From: Penicillus capitatus
Taxonomy: Eukaryota; Plantae; Chlorophyta
DNA length: 64,000 bases
Assembly: GCA_965649825.1 (NCBI GenBank)
Contig: OZ287704.1
Location: 360,101 to 424,100, forward strand
Direction of reading: 5' to 3'
A program made the position numbers and the translations under genes. Of this stretch, positions 47,071 to 59,901 are shown piece after piece. Numbering within the stretch: position 1 is the stretch's first letter; each line of letters opens with the position of its first letter. The notes under the pieces are model-generated. The model worked only from the letters and a program-made list of their open reading frames with translations, was not told the DNA's origin and did no database searches.

Positions 47071-50000
47071 TTACGTCGGGACGTCGGGCAGGCTGTTTGC
47101 ATCGTCTTCGATCGACCATTCGTCTGATGACGATGTCCAGCCCTCACCCTCTTCGAGATCGCCTGAATCGCTGCTTTCGCTCTCTTCCGTCTCCGATATG
47201 GGTTGGATCTCTGACATCTCCGTGGCCGTTCCACTGACTCCCCGTTCAATTCCCACACTAGAGACTCGGGACCGTGTAAGTGTGGAGAAAGAGTTGGCGT
47301 TTTCGATGGCTTCCATGACGAAGGCAAAATCATCTCTGTTCCGACTGGGGGAGCTGCCGGGTTCCGTCTCGAAAGCGTACATGATGGGAGGCGGCATTTG
47401 AGGTAACGGCGTCTGATCTGCTTTCTTCCGAGTCTTTCCTTTCTTCTTCCGATTTCGCTCTGGTTCTTTTTCTTTCCTCACTAAACGCCATACAGCAAAG
47501 ATGGTGGATGCCACGGCGAAGGCGGCGACAATCGAGAGCGTGTAAGCCAGCCAATGAGGCGTCTCGGTTTGCGAACTGGGCAATTGCGTCTCATGCGATC
47601 GTGCTTCATCGTTGTCGTAACTCTGCCTCCTGCAATCTCCTTCTGTTAGTTGTTCCCGACATTCTTGTACATTATATGGCAGCAATCCAATGCGCTGCAG
47701 CGTCTCCGCGTTTGTCTTTTTCAGTTGCTGCACCCAGTCCGTCGAACACACCCCGTCCGAACCGTTGAAACTTGTATGGAGATGTGGATGTGTCCATAAA
47801 CACGTTTCCTGTTGCGAACATGCCTCTTTGGACTGCATGTTTTCACAGACGGGTAAATTGAGATAGGCTCGACAACTGTCCGTTTTGGCAGAAAGCCCAG
47901 TTATGTTCTTATCCTAACATACACAATGACACAAAGTATTGGATGGCGTTTGGAGTAGGCATGAGATGACTTACTTCTACAAGGTAATTCATAAAATTGG
48001 ATGATGGTCTGCATTTCAGGCGGCCTTCGATGTCGAATAAGTCACACCGTTCATCCAATCTGCACTCCACTGTTGCCAAAGACGGACAGTAAGCAGTCAA
48101 GATGTAGATGTCTCTGGTGTGAACGACCATCGTCTGAAACACATGTTCCGGCAGATCCTCGAAAAGGTGCTTGATCGATGTTGGATTTTCCTCTGGAACA
48201 CAGATCTTATCGAAGTCCGCGTTGTTGCCATAGTATTGTCCTGTCGTATTGTTCCAGTTTTTGATGCCCGATAGTTGACACTGTGAACGGTCCGTGTTTC
48301 GACAGTTGCCACTCTCGTCCATGCCCAGTTCCATGCAGCCAACTAAGGACAGAAGGTAATCCACAATATTTACGTCTCCGAATGGATTCTCTTCTGTTGC
48401 ACTGGTCAAATGATTGGCCAGTGCAAACTTATTCCAGTCAGCAATAACATTCAGAGCAGCTTCCATAATTGACAGAATGGCTGTGGCTTCTGGTATTGCA
48501 TGAGCTGCCTTGCTCCAAAATACTTTTGCATCGATCATGTTTATGGTGGCTTCCAATAGGCCAACGATTTTGTCCGACACCGTCAACAAGTTATCAAATT
48601 TCACGAAATATGATTTCGCAAGGTTCTCTGTGGCTTGACTTCTTGCTTCGTCGAGTTTAGCAGCTGTAATCTGTGGACCGTTCTGCCAGATGTACAGACC
48701 ATCGAGATTGAGCAGTTGTTCTGGTAGATTCCGAATCTTGTACCAGTCCGTGGCATGTGTCGCTGTCAGAGCACCGACCAAATCTGCCACAACATTTCCG
48801 AGGGCGGACAGGGTAGGAACGGTCGTGTCTGATACGTTGGGAGAGCGCGTACGATAGAGACCCTGCACAAGCTCGACAATATGTGTCCCGGCTTCACTTC
48901 TGGAAGACACCAATTCCTGAATAGCCCTCCATTTCTGATTACGATCGCCACACAGACGCACCCATGTCTGGTTGTATTTTTCTGCAAAGCGGAGGTTTGG
49001 ACTTTGTGGATAATGTGGAGCTTGTGGATAGATGCGTTCGAGTGCTTCTTCAAAAGCGGCGACAACAGCAGAGACCAGCTTATCCAGGGTGTCGATCACG
49101 ACATATGAAGCTTCCTCGTCACCAGTCTCCTCGTGTCCTTCGCTCCTCTTAACCGCGTCTAATCGTTCTTCCACTCCATCTAGGCGCTTGGATTCCCTTG
49201 ATATCGTTCTCGGATTCCATGTTTCGCGTGATTTACGGAAAACTGTCGAAAGCGTTTTGACGACGTTCGCCTTTGTCTGTGACACGTTTTTGTTTGAAAC
49301 ATAGGCAGCATCCAGGAGCTCAGCGCTTTCTTGAAGCATCCACCATAAGGTATTGGAAGCATTCCACGTCTCCTGGCTGACGCTCTTATGCATCTGACTA
49401 TCGAGTCGAAATCTCATGATTTCCAGTTCCTCTGCGGCAGTGGCAAAGTGCTCTTCTGTCGCAGCGATGGGCCGAGGCTCGCTTTCCAACACGGATGTTA
49501 ACGCATCAAGTATTTCCTGCACGAACACACAGCTGAACTCGACCCTCATGGCCTTGGTGCATCACGCACGCACCCTGACGTCTTTCAAACCGACAGTGAT
49601 AGAGGCATTTGCCGATGTCAGATGGTCTGTCGGTGTTCCTAACTCAAGCGGCTTTCGGATCCGCTCCTGCAGAGTCTCTATCGAAGAATCTCCATCGTTC
49701 TTCGTCGATTCATCTGAATGAGGCGTCAGATTGGCGGCGACATCGAAGATCAGTTGGCCTTCTATGGGTTTTGACTGTTCGTCTTCCGACGCCTCTGAAT
49801 TCGAATTCTCTTCACTTAACTGAGGAGGGGCTGCGTTCTCTAAGGACAGCGAACGTCTTTAACGACAAATGACGTCGAGTGCACAATGGCACCTTCATCG
49901 AGCGCTTGTTTTGCATCCTCCTTCTCCCCGCCAGTACTCGATGATCCTTGTCCTTGAATCCGTGTCTCCTCCTCGTCCACAATGGAGAAGTTGGTCGATG

Positions 50001-51156
50001 TCTCGTCCTCTAAAAGATCGTCTGGAGAAATCGTCGTGATGTTGGTAGAAGCACCTTCAACATCGCCTGTCCCAGTGATGCTGGACTTCTCCGTGGCTAA
50101 TCCCCCACTCTCTGCATCTTCATCAACCTGCAATGCGTTTCCACGCGAGCCAACGGCTTGAAAAAGACGACGGTATCCATTATGTCCCACTCCTCCTATA
50201 AATATTGAATCCCTGGTGATGTCCACTAGCCTTAGGCCATGCAAGGCCGATGCACTCTGCACTCAAAGGCTTCGTTTAGAACAGCATAGACACAGATCTG
50301 GCCTCACCTCGATGAGCTGCCCGACGACTTCTGTCTGACTAGCAGGTGTACTAATAATCAAATCGAGGACGAGCGGTCCCCTGATGCCACATCCCTGATG
50401 GTCTGCTGATAGCTTCACTTGACTGCAAGTCCCTTTTACATTGCATCTTCCACCCAGCTGCTTTTGGCAGCGCATGTACTCCAGAACGAAGGGTTGTACG
50501 CTGTCATATGCACATTGATGCAGAACAGGGTTCAGTACCTACCAACAGTGTGTGGGTATCCAAGACAATAGCTTCTCTGATGCTTACAGAAAACTGGCAG
50601 CGATTCTGCATGCTACCGGTGTGAGCAGCGTCATGCTCGATCCATTCGCAAGACTCTCTCGATATGCATGCAGCTATACAGAGCACGGTAGGGAGGTGGA
50701 TGGAAGCTGTCGTTCATACCTTCATGTGTCATCGACAAGCATTCTGCTCCATTCAGAACAGTCTGCTGCACTTGGTTACTTTCTTCAGGGAGTGAGTTGC
50801 TCAGAACGTCTCGAGCGTACAAAGGGTTCAGTTGGCAGGAGGAATCTAGGCAGTTGATGTGTAGGTGGATGTATGCTACGAGCTATCTAACCTTGAAACC
50901 ATCGGCAAATTCCCACATCGTATGCACCTGAAAGGCCTCGGCCATGGTGCTGCCTACGTGGAAGCTCATAACGCGGCAGCTTTGAAAACGAAAATCTCTG
51001 TTGGTTACTCGGCTACAGTGGTCTCCGAAGTTGGTATGTGGCGCGCTCCCTAAGGGCCGTCAACAGCTGCTATTCGGACGAAACGGAGAAAGGTGTTACC
51101 TCTACCGCGAAGCAGCACACAAGAACACAGCAGTTTAAGAAACAAGCAAGGCGCAT
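47071..51156 (-). CDS. Large orphan type I membrane protein (signal peptide, Cys modules, long helical ectodomain, TM, acidic Ser-rich tail), multi-exon; exon joins inferred
   Basis: MRLACFLNCCVLVCCFAVEV signal peptide, long open exons (546 aa and 255 aa ORFs), TM WLAYTLSIVAAFAVASTIFAVW followed by basic RLVRKEKE, short introns between the ORFs. Confidence 0.6.
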
Positions 51157-51627
51157 TCGTCTTCTCTCCATTCTCACAGACGTGCACGCGAAAGCATCAG
51201 GCACACGATGCAAAATAAGGGTCGCAGTTGTGGCGACCAAGTCACAACTCAGTCGGTAACCGCAATTGGCCAGCCGTGTCGAGAAAATTGCCAAGAATCA
51301 GGTGCTAGATGCGTCCAGGTTCGGTCTTCTCCACGCGTCTTCGGTTAAGGCGAACTGAGGATGATGATGACAACATGCGCGGGTAGCGTCGAACTGATGC
51401 GTGATATTGTTGTTACATGTTATGGTTAACAAATACTTGAAATTGGATAGGAGGATGGTCATTAGCCGGCTCAACGGCGCTCGTTCACCAGGAAGGTTGA
51501 ATGGTTGGCTCGGAGTCTTTAGCCAATTTGCAACGATTACAGCGTATTGTTGTTTGCCCGCAACACCACTTCGAGCTTTTCAACTTCTTCAACTACACAA
51601 ATTATTTCTCGTTGTTTGGTCAAAACA

Positions 51628-52055
51628 TGGCGCTGCGCCGCATACAGTTTCTTGTAGCCACCTTCCTGTGTCTGATGATATTGAGAACTGAGGCTCAGCG
51701 TCCACAACTGCTCTTGTGCGATTTCGATTGTGTGGAAGTGGAGACTGCGGACATTGCGTGTGATACGGCACTCTGTCAACCGGAGGGCTCTTTGGACAGA
51801 GAGGCTCTTTGCTCGGCCAAGTGCATCGAGGCGGTTATTAACCTCGTTGCAGAAGGAAGCAGTTGTGGATCCGAAAAGACAGCCAATGCGTTTGATAACG
51901 CCATCGATGCTCTTCGAGACATCGTTTCAAGTAAATGCATCGCCCAATCGACTCAAACAAATCTCACGAACGTCATCTGTGGCATACAGCTGTCTGTTTG
52001 GAGTACAACGACGCCCTCGGATCCCAAATGTCAGAAGATCTCTACGATGACATGA
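51628..52055 (+). CDS. Small secreted cysteine-rich protein (8-Cys core), paralog of 53260-53728
   Basis: Signal peptide MALRRIQFLVATFLCLMILRTEA; core C-x3-C-x9-C-x4-C-x11-C-x3-C-x13-C-x23-C. Confidence 0.7.
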
Positions 52056-52447
52056 TGTACAGGATGCTGTCGGATGGACTGTGAAGTGGATGGATGATGT
52101 TTCCTAACACATAGGTCTTTAGTCGCATCGAGATCCCCGTTCTATTGTTCTCTTGTGTCATTGGTTGTGCACCATCGACTGTTTTCTTCGACCCATCCAT
52201 TTATTTGCAGATTCAGTGACATATTCAACAATAATTCAACAACCTCGATTCAATAACAGCTCGTTATTCGATAACGTCTTTGCCACAGTTTCTGGCTTGC
52301 ATGTGATTGATTGAATGTATGCAGATGGTGATGTCGCTGTCAGGCGGAACGACGAATTCACTGGATTTCTCTTTGTCCTGGTTTTAATAAGGCTGTTGCA
52401 CAGGAGCTGCCGTAAACAATACCACTGCCTGAGGACTCCACAATCTG

Positions 52448-53187
52448 TTAGATTCTTAGCACTGTTCTTGTATGCGCGCGAATGATTATCGGCACACCCA
52501 ACCTCTTGCAGACGCACAGCACACGGCCGATCTCATCTCGGTCTATTCTCTCTCCTCTTCTCCACCGCCATCGCCAAGGAAGAATCGTGAAGAGCACTCG
52601 GTCGGTTAACTTGAAGGACGAGATGTTCTGAAGACCTTCATCCGGATGAGATGATACCATTCAATTGGCATTCTGAGGAGACGGACGGCGGGATGCCTGC
52701 CCTAGTGTGTTTATCTTCGCCTGCCGAGCGCAATGGACACAGCAATAGAAAGTCCTGCCACGGTGTGGCCTCCATTCTTCCTGCCAGTACATCTTGAGAC
52801 ATCATCGCATTTTCCAGGACAGCACGGGACGGCCTGTCACACAAAGCGACGTGTCCTGCATTGTCTCGGATTTCCGACTTCTTCGTAAAATCCGCGACGC
52901 GTCTCGTTCGACTCCCAGCAGTCTGTGCCCTAACGGTTACATAATCCATAACGAACATACCTTACGATGAGGGCGTTTCATGATGAATCTCCGACTGTCT
53001 GGAAGAATCGACAGGTCCACTTCATGATGAAGTGCATGCTTCCTTTCAAGAGTTCTGTCGCTTCGTTTCACATCGGCCACTCGCATCCAAACCGGCAGCT
53101 TATAAAAACGACAATCCACCAGTCTTTCCACTATTTCAGCTTGTTTGACGATCTTTGCGTTGGTTTCCCCGTACGAGTTTCATTCAT
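52448..53187 (-). CDS. Hypothetical protein, multi-exon (structure inferred)
   Basis: Consecutive minus-strand ORFs (52937-53131, 52638-52958, 52448-52660) with protein-like composition, separated by short GT-AG intron candidates. No recognised family. Confidence 0.4.
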
Positions 53188-53259
53188 TAGGCTCTTGCGT
53201 TTGCTGTTACCACGTTTGAAAGCGGCCTAAATCGCGTAACTCGTATCTGCACGAGACAA

Positions 53260-53728
53260 ATGTCGTTCGTTGTGAAAGTGTTTGCCGTTGCTGCCCTCAT
53301 TGCTCTTTCTTCATGCGCCTCGGCTCACCAACTGGAGCCTTATGATTTGTGCGAAGTCGGATGCGTGAAACGCATCTACCGAGATTACTGTGGAGATGTC
53401 CCCTGCGTGTTTGGGGCTTCAAGCGACGCAGAAAAGAACGCTTTGTGTTCCGTAACATGCATGGACCAACTCATGGGAGACGCCATGTATGAATGTTTGT
53501 TCGAGAAAGATCATGGACGCGACGATTTCGACGTCGTTGTCAATACATTCCTCCAACAGATTCTAAGTAAGACAGACATCCATCAATGGTGCCGACCATC
53601 TCATGTGTGTCTTCATCGCAGGCTTCTGTGAAGATGTTCCTCAAACGGAGGCGCCGCCATGTCAAGCGGCGCCCTGTCTGACAAGTTATGGTGTGGAAGA
53701 CGTTGATGATTTAGAGGAAGACAATTGA
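53260..53728 (+). CDS. Small secreted cysteine-rich protein (8-Cys core), 2 exons
   Basis: Signal peptide MSFVVKVFAVAALIALSSCASA; core C-x3-C-x8-C-x4-C-x13-C-x3-C-x11-C-x25-C, with the last Cys after an intron starting at about 53566; acidic tail. Confidence 0.7.
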
Positions 53729-54007
53729 GCATATCTGCAGCAGATATCTCCCTGTTTGACAATTTGAATTCCATTGTTCTTCGCACAATGTGCCACGTGA
53801 CACGTTTCCCGTTTCTTCTTTTGAAAAGAACCTTGATTAGACCGGGCAATCTCAGGAATGTTCAATCGGTTGGAATCTATGAACGAAGAAGACGTGGTAG
53901 AGACGAGTGTAAATATTCCGATGTGACTCGGCAAAAAGAGTGTGATCGATTGAGTCGGTCAGAACGTCATCGCGGATACACAAAAGCAAAGACGTGCGAA
54001 TTCGGAT

Positions 54008-54028
54008 GATCGATCGATCGATCGATCG
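54008..54028. repeat. (GATC)5 palindromic microsatellite
   Basis: gatcgatcgatcgatcgatcg read directly. Confidence 0.9.
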
Positions 54029-55514
54029 GCCATGCTATTGCGATGCGTCGTTCGTGTGGGAAATTCTAGGTGAAAAGAGTGAGAAAGAGTAATGAGGATA
54101 ATAAGAACCACATCGTGGCAAATGCTTTGCAATCATGGACGTGTGCAGTCGGTTCGTTGTGCCATGCATTTGAAGATAACAAAGAACCGACTCTATGTCT
54201 CCCATCAGTAAATGGACCGCTCGATCACTCTGAAGTCAAAGATTATCACTTAACAAAGATGTCATCGGTGTCTCCGATACAGAGCACTGCACATCTCCTG
54301 CTTTTGAGAGAGGACCAGGAAGTCCTTTCGTTCTCTTCTCTCTGCACCTCTGCTGTCTTTCCAAAAGGAAAGGCAATCGCAACAAGGCTAATGGATGACC
54401 GGACAGGTATGGCTAAGTGTGACGTCAATTGGTTATCGACAGGGCACCTCTCACGTCTTCTAACGTCACGGCCTCTGTTTATTGTGTCCACGCGGCAGCG
54501 AGAACAGTTCACCCGACGGGCTGACGTCGCAGTGGCGCAGCTCACCTGTCACATCAGTGTCGCATCGCTGAGTTGTCCTCTACTACGTTGCAGCCTCGGC
54601 GATCCTCCGTTTCGTTGCCTTTCACGAATTGGTCCTTTCTACATCCTTAAAGCGTGAGCTCTTTATTTGCCTTTGTCTGTTTGTTGAGAACAACAACACA
54701 GCTTTACTGAATCGAGTGTACCCCGAGGCGGTGACAAGATGCTTTCATCGTTCTGGACTGCTGGTTGCGCCATCGTCGCAGGCGCTGCTGTTATCTACAA
54801 ACGCGAAGTACGTCCGCCACGCTTCGTCTATTCGAATCGTCACATCATTCATTATTGGTTACTGCCCAGGACTTGCAGTCGTTATTGAAGTCGTTCGGGT
54901 CACGGCCCGTGACGCACGAAGGCGCTGCGTCCGATGGCTTTCGTCCCCTGTGGGAGGCTGATGGTCTGCATCCTTTTGAGTTCTTTGCTCTACACGAAAA
55001 ATCGTCAGCTGCCACGCAACATCCATGACCATGACTCCGTTAGGGGCATCTGAGCGATAATTCGATACTGAGTAGAAAATGGCATTATCCTAATCAGAAG
55101 TGCACAGATTGCTATGGAACTGTGTTTGATATGTATGATGCGGCTTCACTTTAATGAAGACGAATAATGCGTACAACGACGCTATCTGTTGATTTCTCTG
55201 ACATTGTACCGGATGTGTTGGTTTGTGCATAATGGCTACACGGATGCGTGAAGTCTGGGGGTGCTTCCTGCATGGCAAAACATGACATTTCTTTGATTGA
55301 ATGCTGTGAATCCATGGGAACATTCTGGGAGACAACGTGGATCCTACGTTCAATCTGTGCACGCGCAGAATGTAATATTGACCAGTTATGTGACGGATGC
55401 ATGCATTGTCTGTCAACGGACGTTCCTATCTTAAAATCATCCATCAATCTCTCCATTCCTCAGTCATGCGTCAACCATCGGCCAATACTTGATGGAAGAT
55501 TAACGGTATTGGAC

Positions 55515-56919
55515 TCAAAGGGCGACATCGCTTTCCAGCTTCAGATAAGCATTCTCTCCATGAGGACGAAATTTCATACCGACGGTGACATAGAAGGCAA
55601 AGGTCGCCAGCTCGGATGCCAGTTTGCTTGCCCACTTGTAGTTGTAAGGCAATGTGTTGTCCAGGAGAAATACGATGATTCGGGTGAAGTAGATATAGAC
55701 GACGACCAGAACATAGAACTGACGGAAAAGCGTGAGCTTCTCCACATTGGACGCCGCTTTGCCGTCGGATTCTGCTCCTTCCCGAAGATGCTTGATCGAC
55801 CAGACGATGGGAAAGAGAATAGCACAGCAACAGATGATATCGACCAAGTGCAGCAAATCCGACAAAGTCACAAACGATGTTCGCGCCGGCGATGCTTCAT
55901 CCAAGATAATGATGGCAATATTGGCAAAGATCTAACACAAAAGAGTGAGATTGTCTATCGTGTGAAGTGTGACATTACCTGAAGAGGAATGACAATCACT
56001 AGGATCTTCTTTTCGTTCTCGCCGATAAATGGACGTAGATACGACCATCCCGTCCCGATCAAGACAATGACGACAAAGAACATCACACCTCTGAGAAATG
56101 TGAAGACGTAGTATGCCACATTCCATCCTTCTGGACTGCCCGTCACTCGATCATCGTGATACATTCCGGCAAGAGTAAAGTAGACGACGGAACGTAGCAC
56201 CACCAAGCCAAACATCAGATAATGAATACCGTGGACATGACGACGCTCGGTATAGCACACTTTAGCCCACGTCACTGCCAAAGCCGAAAACGCCAAGAAC
56301 ATGAACTACGGGCAGTCAAACATCGGTGCATGAAAGAGAACACAGTGGCACGGACCAAGTAGATAGTGGGCAGTGGACGTTCTCCGATCGACAAGAAGTC
56401 CTTCTCGTTGTTCGCTCCTCTGTTATACATCGAGATGCGCACATTGCATTCAATGCCGACCGTTTTGTTGCAGTTTGCAAAGAAGAGCACATAATCGCCC
56501 GGTTTCAGCTGCTCATGTTCGGCGAATTTGAGATGCACCGTCATGTCTTCTTTCTGATCGTTAACTTCGATCCATTTGCTGAGATCGATGATCTTGGTCA
56601 TCTGGTTATTGGTTGCATCTTGAAGAGAACATCCGCCGCCTTCATTTTCTTTCATCTCGACGTGCATTGGTGGTGTTGCCGACACCGGTGCCAAGAAAAA
56701 AGCGAACTGTGACAATCGAATTTCCATTTTCTCTTTGGGTCCATAGGCCGCGAGGTTGGACACCGACAGTTTAATTTCGCCGGTCTTGTCGAAGCCGAAA
56801 GGCAACTCGACCGGGTAGTGGTCACGCTCGTCGAGACCGATATGCCGATGCGTCACGCGGCATTGGACCGCGCACAGACACAGACACGCGTAGATAAAGA
56901 AAGTGACACCAGCTTTCAT
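55515..56919 (-). CDS. GPR107/GPR108 (lung seven-transmembrane receptor; plant CAND6/7-like), multi-exon
   Basis: Signal peptide, PFGFDKTGEI, YVLFFANC, FLSIGERPLPTIY, GSPEGWNVAYYVFTFLRG, IVLIGTGWSYLRPF, DIICCCAILFPIVWSIKHLRE, KLTLFRQFYVLVVVYIYFTRIIV. Confidence 0.93.
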
Positions 56920-56965
56920 GTTCTCTGTCAATGAATGCCAAACGTGAAAAGCCGAGAAATGGAAA

Positions 56966-58501
56966 ATGGCGCAGATGACGTCCATTCTGCCATCGATCCA
57001 AATGGATGACGCAGAGCGACAACGCAGACGCAGAACACGCAGCTCGAGCTCCTCATGCTCGCTCAATTCTCATGGCGATGCCGAAGTGCAGCAGAGGTCA
57101 GAGATCGGCGAGGAAGAGAGATCGACAGACGCGCAGTTTCATGACATCTTCGGGTCAGAATCAGACGATGAGCCAGCTGCGTCACGTGTCGAAGCGGCCA
57201 AGACGACAGACGTCGCCGAAGGCGTCGCTCCAGAACGCGTCCGTATTCTGCCAAGTCAGTTAGAAGCGCCAGTTGAAGGATTTCCCGAAGATGAAGCGGT
57301 GCCTGCCGAATTTGAATTGGGAGGTCCAATGGAACTGAAATTCCCCGTCGAGCGGGTGCGGCACTCGACAGACGCTGTGGCCTTCTTTGCACCGGGAGAG
57401 TTCCTCGACGTCGATCTGCAGTACTTTGAATCGGCTGTATCGGAGGACTTCGTCGAGAACGGCATCATTTCTAAGAGAGTCATTCGGTGGCGGAAGAATG
57501 ATAACGGCGATATCGAATCGAACACGCGCCTGGTGGAATGGGATGATGGAACATTCAGTTTCTATGTTGAAGGGAAGTGGTATGATCTGGGAAAGGAAAG
57601 CTTTGCACAAGGAACTGAGCTTCTCTGTATCGATCAGCAAAATTGTTTACAGGTGATAGAGTCACATCATGCATAGTGTGATGTGACAGACGTCGAATGC
57701 AGGCATTGCATGCTGTGAGTGGTGGCTTTTATACTGTTGCCGTTCCGTCGGATGAGAGTGATGACGAATCGGAGGCGCAGATCGTCGTGGCAGATGCTGT
57801 ACATACGCATCGTGGACCAAAAACCAAAAGAGTGACGGTTCTGGGAAATCCGCTCAAGGAACAGGAGGCAAAGTTGAGGAAGATCCAAGAGGAACGACGT
57901 GACAGGTCATTGGCATGGCTTGCTTTTGCTGTTTGTGACAAGATTTGTAAAGGGAACTGATGGAGAGGCGACAGAAGAGTCTCCAGGAAAAGTACACGTT
58001 GCCACGTATGGATCATTTGGGTGAAGATGAGGAGGAGACCGGATCTACAAAGCGCAAACAATCGCGGCCCCATCGTCGTCAGCCGGTGCTCAGAATGGGT
58101 TCTTGTCAACGTCTGCGTCTGGCTCATGGTTTTGTGGTCAGGGACGATCGAAGAAGATTCGCGTTTCGGATTACGAGGATGAAATCCTGGAGGAAGATGA
58201 GGAGGAAGAGATCCGAAGCGCAGATCTCGGCGAAGAAGAAGAAATGTTGTCGACCGAAAACGAAGAGGTATCTGAGGAGGAGGAAGAGAAAGCCGAGCCA
58301 GAAGAGGAGGAGACGAAAAGCAGTGAAGAGGATGTTCCTGACGCGACAGAACCCACACAAGAATCGTCCGACAGACAGGTCGACCACAACTTCACACATA
58401 TTCCACATACCACATCGCCACAGGAGAGGAAGGATGGAGCAAGAGGACCGCGTGTGATTCTGCTGACCGACGATGAGGACGAGGATATCAGCGATGGGTG
58501 A
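56966..58501 (+). CDS. LEO1: PAF1-complex subunit LEO1 (VIP4)-like, multi-exon; 3' end uncertain
   Basis: FHDIFGSESDDE, VIRWRKNDNGDIESNTRLVEWDDGTFSFYV (Leo1 core), acidic C-terminus ending in RVILLTDDEDED. Confidence 0.82.
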
Positions 58502-58865
58502 GAAGAAAGAGGGCAATGCTTCGGGGAAAGGGTGGACACGATGGGTCCTTGTACAGAGAGCACATGTTAAAGCATAAACCCGCCGCAACGGTCTCCATCG
58601 AATCGGCCGTTTCTCGAGCGAACAGTGTGATTCGGTTGAAGGCATGGAAGTGTTGTTGTTGTTGCTGTTGGACCTTAAACGATTCGACTCCGTTCGACAA
58701 TGAGCACGTATTGATAGCTTTAGTTTGGAACGAGTACCATCGTTTGTCCAGTCATGTTATTGATGTGACCGCAAAGGGTACGATATTTGAACACCAGCCA
58801 TGTGCAAAACCAACAAACACGCACGCACACATGTACACGCTTGTTCATCCGTCCGACGGTTTGGC

Positions 58866-59728
58866 TCAGCAACATCCATCTGCTTTTGGTTGTGGCCTTC
58901 CTGGATCGATCACCACATCTGGGACATAACTAAAGAGAACCCAAAAGAGTGAGACCCAATAATCGTCATCACCATCAGATCTCACATTTCTTCTTCGGGT
59001 TCATTTCTCAAGGCATTTCGAGCAATACGCTGAAAAGCGGCTTCGACATTGATATCTTCTTTAGCAGAGACAGCAAAGTGTGGCAGGTTTCCTTTGGTGC
59101 CACACCAACGGCGTGCCTTGTAATCCGAGACAGCTCTATTCTGTTCAGTGTCCTGATCGATCTTGTTGCCGATCACCACAAAAGGGAAGTTCTCTTTGTC
59201 TCTAGGATTTGCCTGATCGTGCGTTTCAGTCAACAACATCACACAACGATTGTCTGCTCAGGATCATACTTGTGATAGAAACTGCTCACGCCAATTGTCC
59301 AAATTCTCAAACGACTTGTTCGAATTGACATCGTAGACCAACACACAGCAATCCGCTCCACGATAGAACGCGACGCCGAGACTCTGAAACCGCTCCTGTC
59401 CTGCCGTGTCCCACAACTACAGCACCACCTATCGCTCAGTCCATAGCATAGTATCGAGTCCACCTGGAGCGCCACGAGTTTGTCATCTATCTGAACCTCT
59501 TTCGACAGGAAATCCGCTCCAATCGTCGCTTTGTATTGCGACGAGAATTTTTTGTGAACGTAGCGCTCCATCAGAGACGTCTTCCCAACACTGAACACCA
59601 CACGCATGTGAGGAACACAGATGCCGAGCGAGATGCCGCGCGGTGCCGCTCGCGTCGTCGTCCTTACCCACTGTCGCCAAGAATAATCACTTTCAACAGT
59701 TTTCGTCTCTTGGTCGCCGAATCAGCCA
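58866..59728 (-). CDS. RAB7: Rab7-family small GTPase, multi-exon
   Basis: [13 protein letters not shown]|[56 protein letters not shown], last exon ending PKADGCC. Confidence 0.95.
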
Positions 59729-59901
59729 TCTCGGTTCAAAAAACACTAAGGATGCTAAGACAAGTGGCCAGGCCGGAAACAAACGCTTTTCAGTGGCTCT
59801 TTAATGTCATATAATGTGCATACATGAGACCGGACGTCACGTGGCCATTTTGTGAATGTCACTCGGGTGGAGGCGCGAATCCACCCACCATGATCGAGTG
59901 T

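Noticed and set aside
54070-54657. 195-aa plus-strand ORF
   Set aside because: It has a GTG start, no motifs and a non-protein-like composition. There is no support beyond length.
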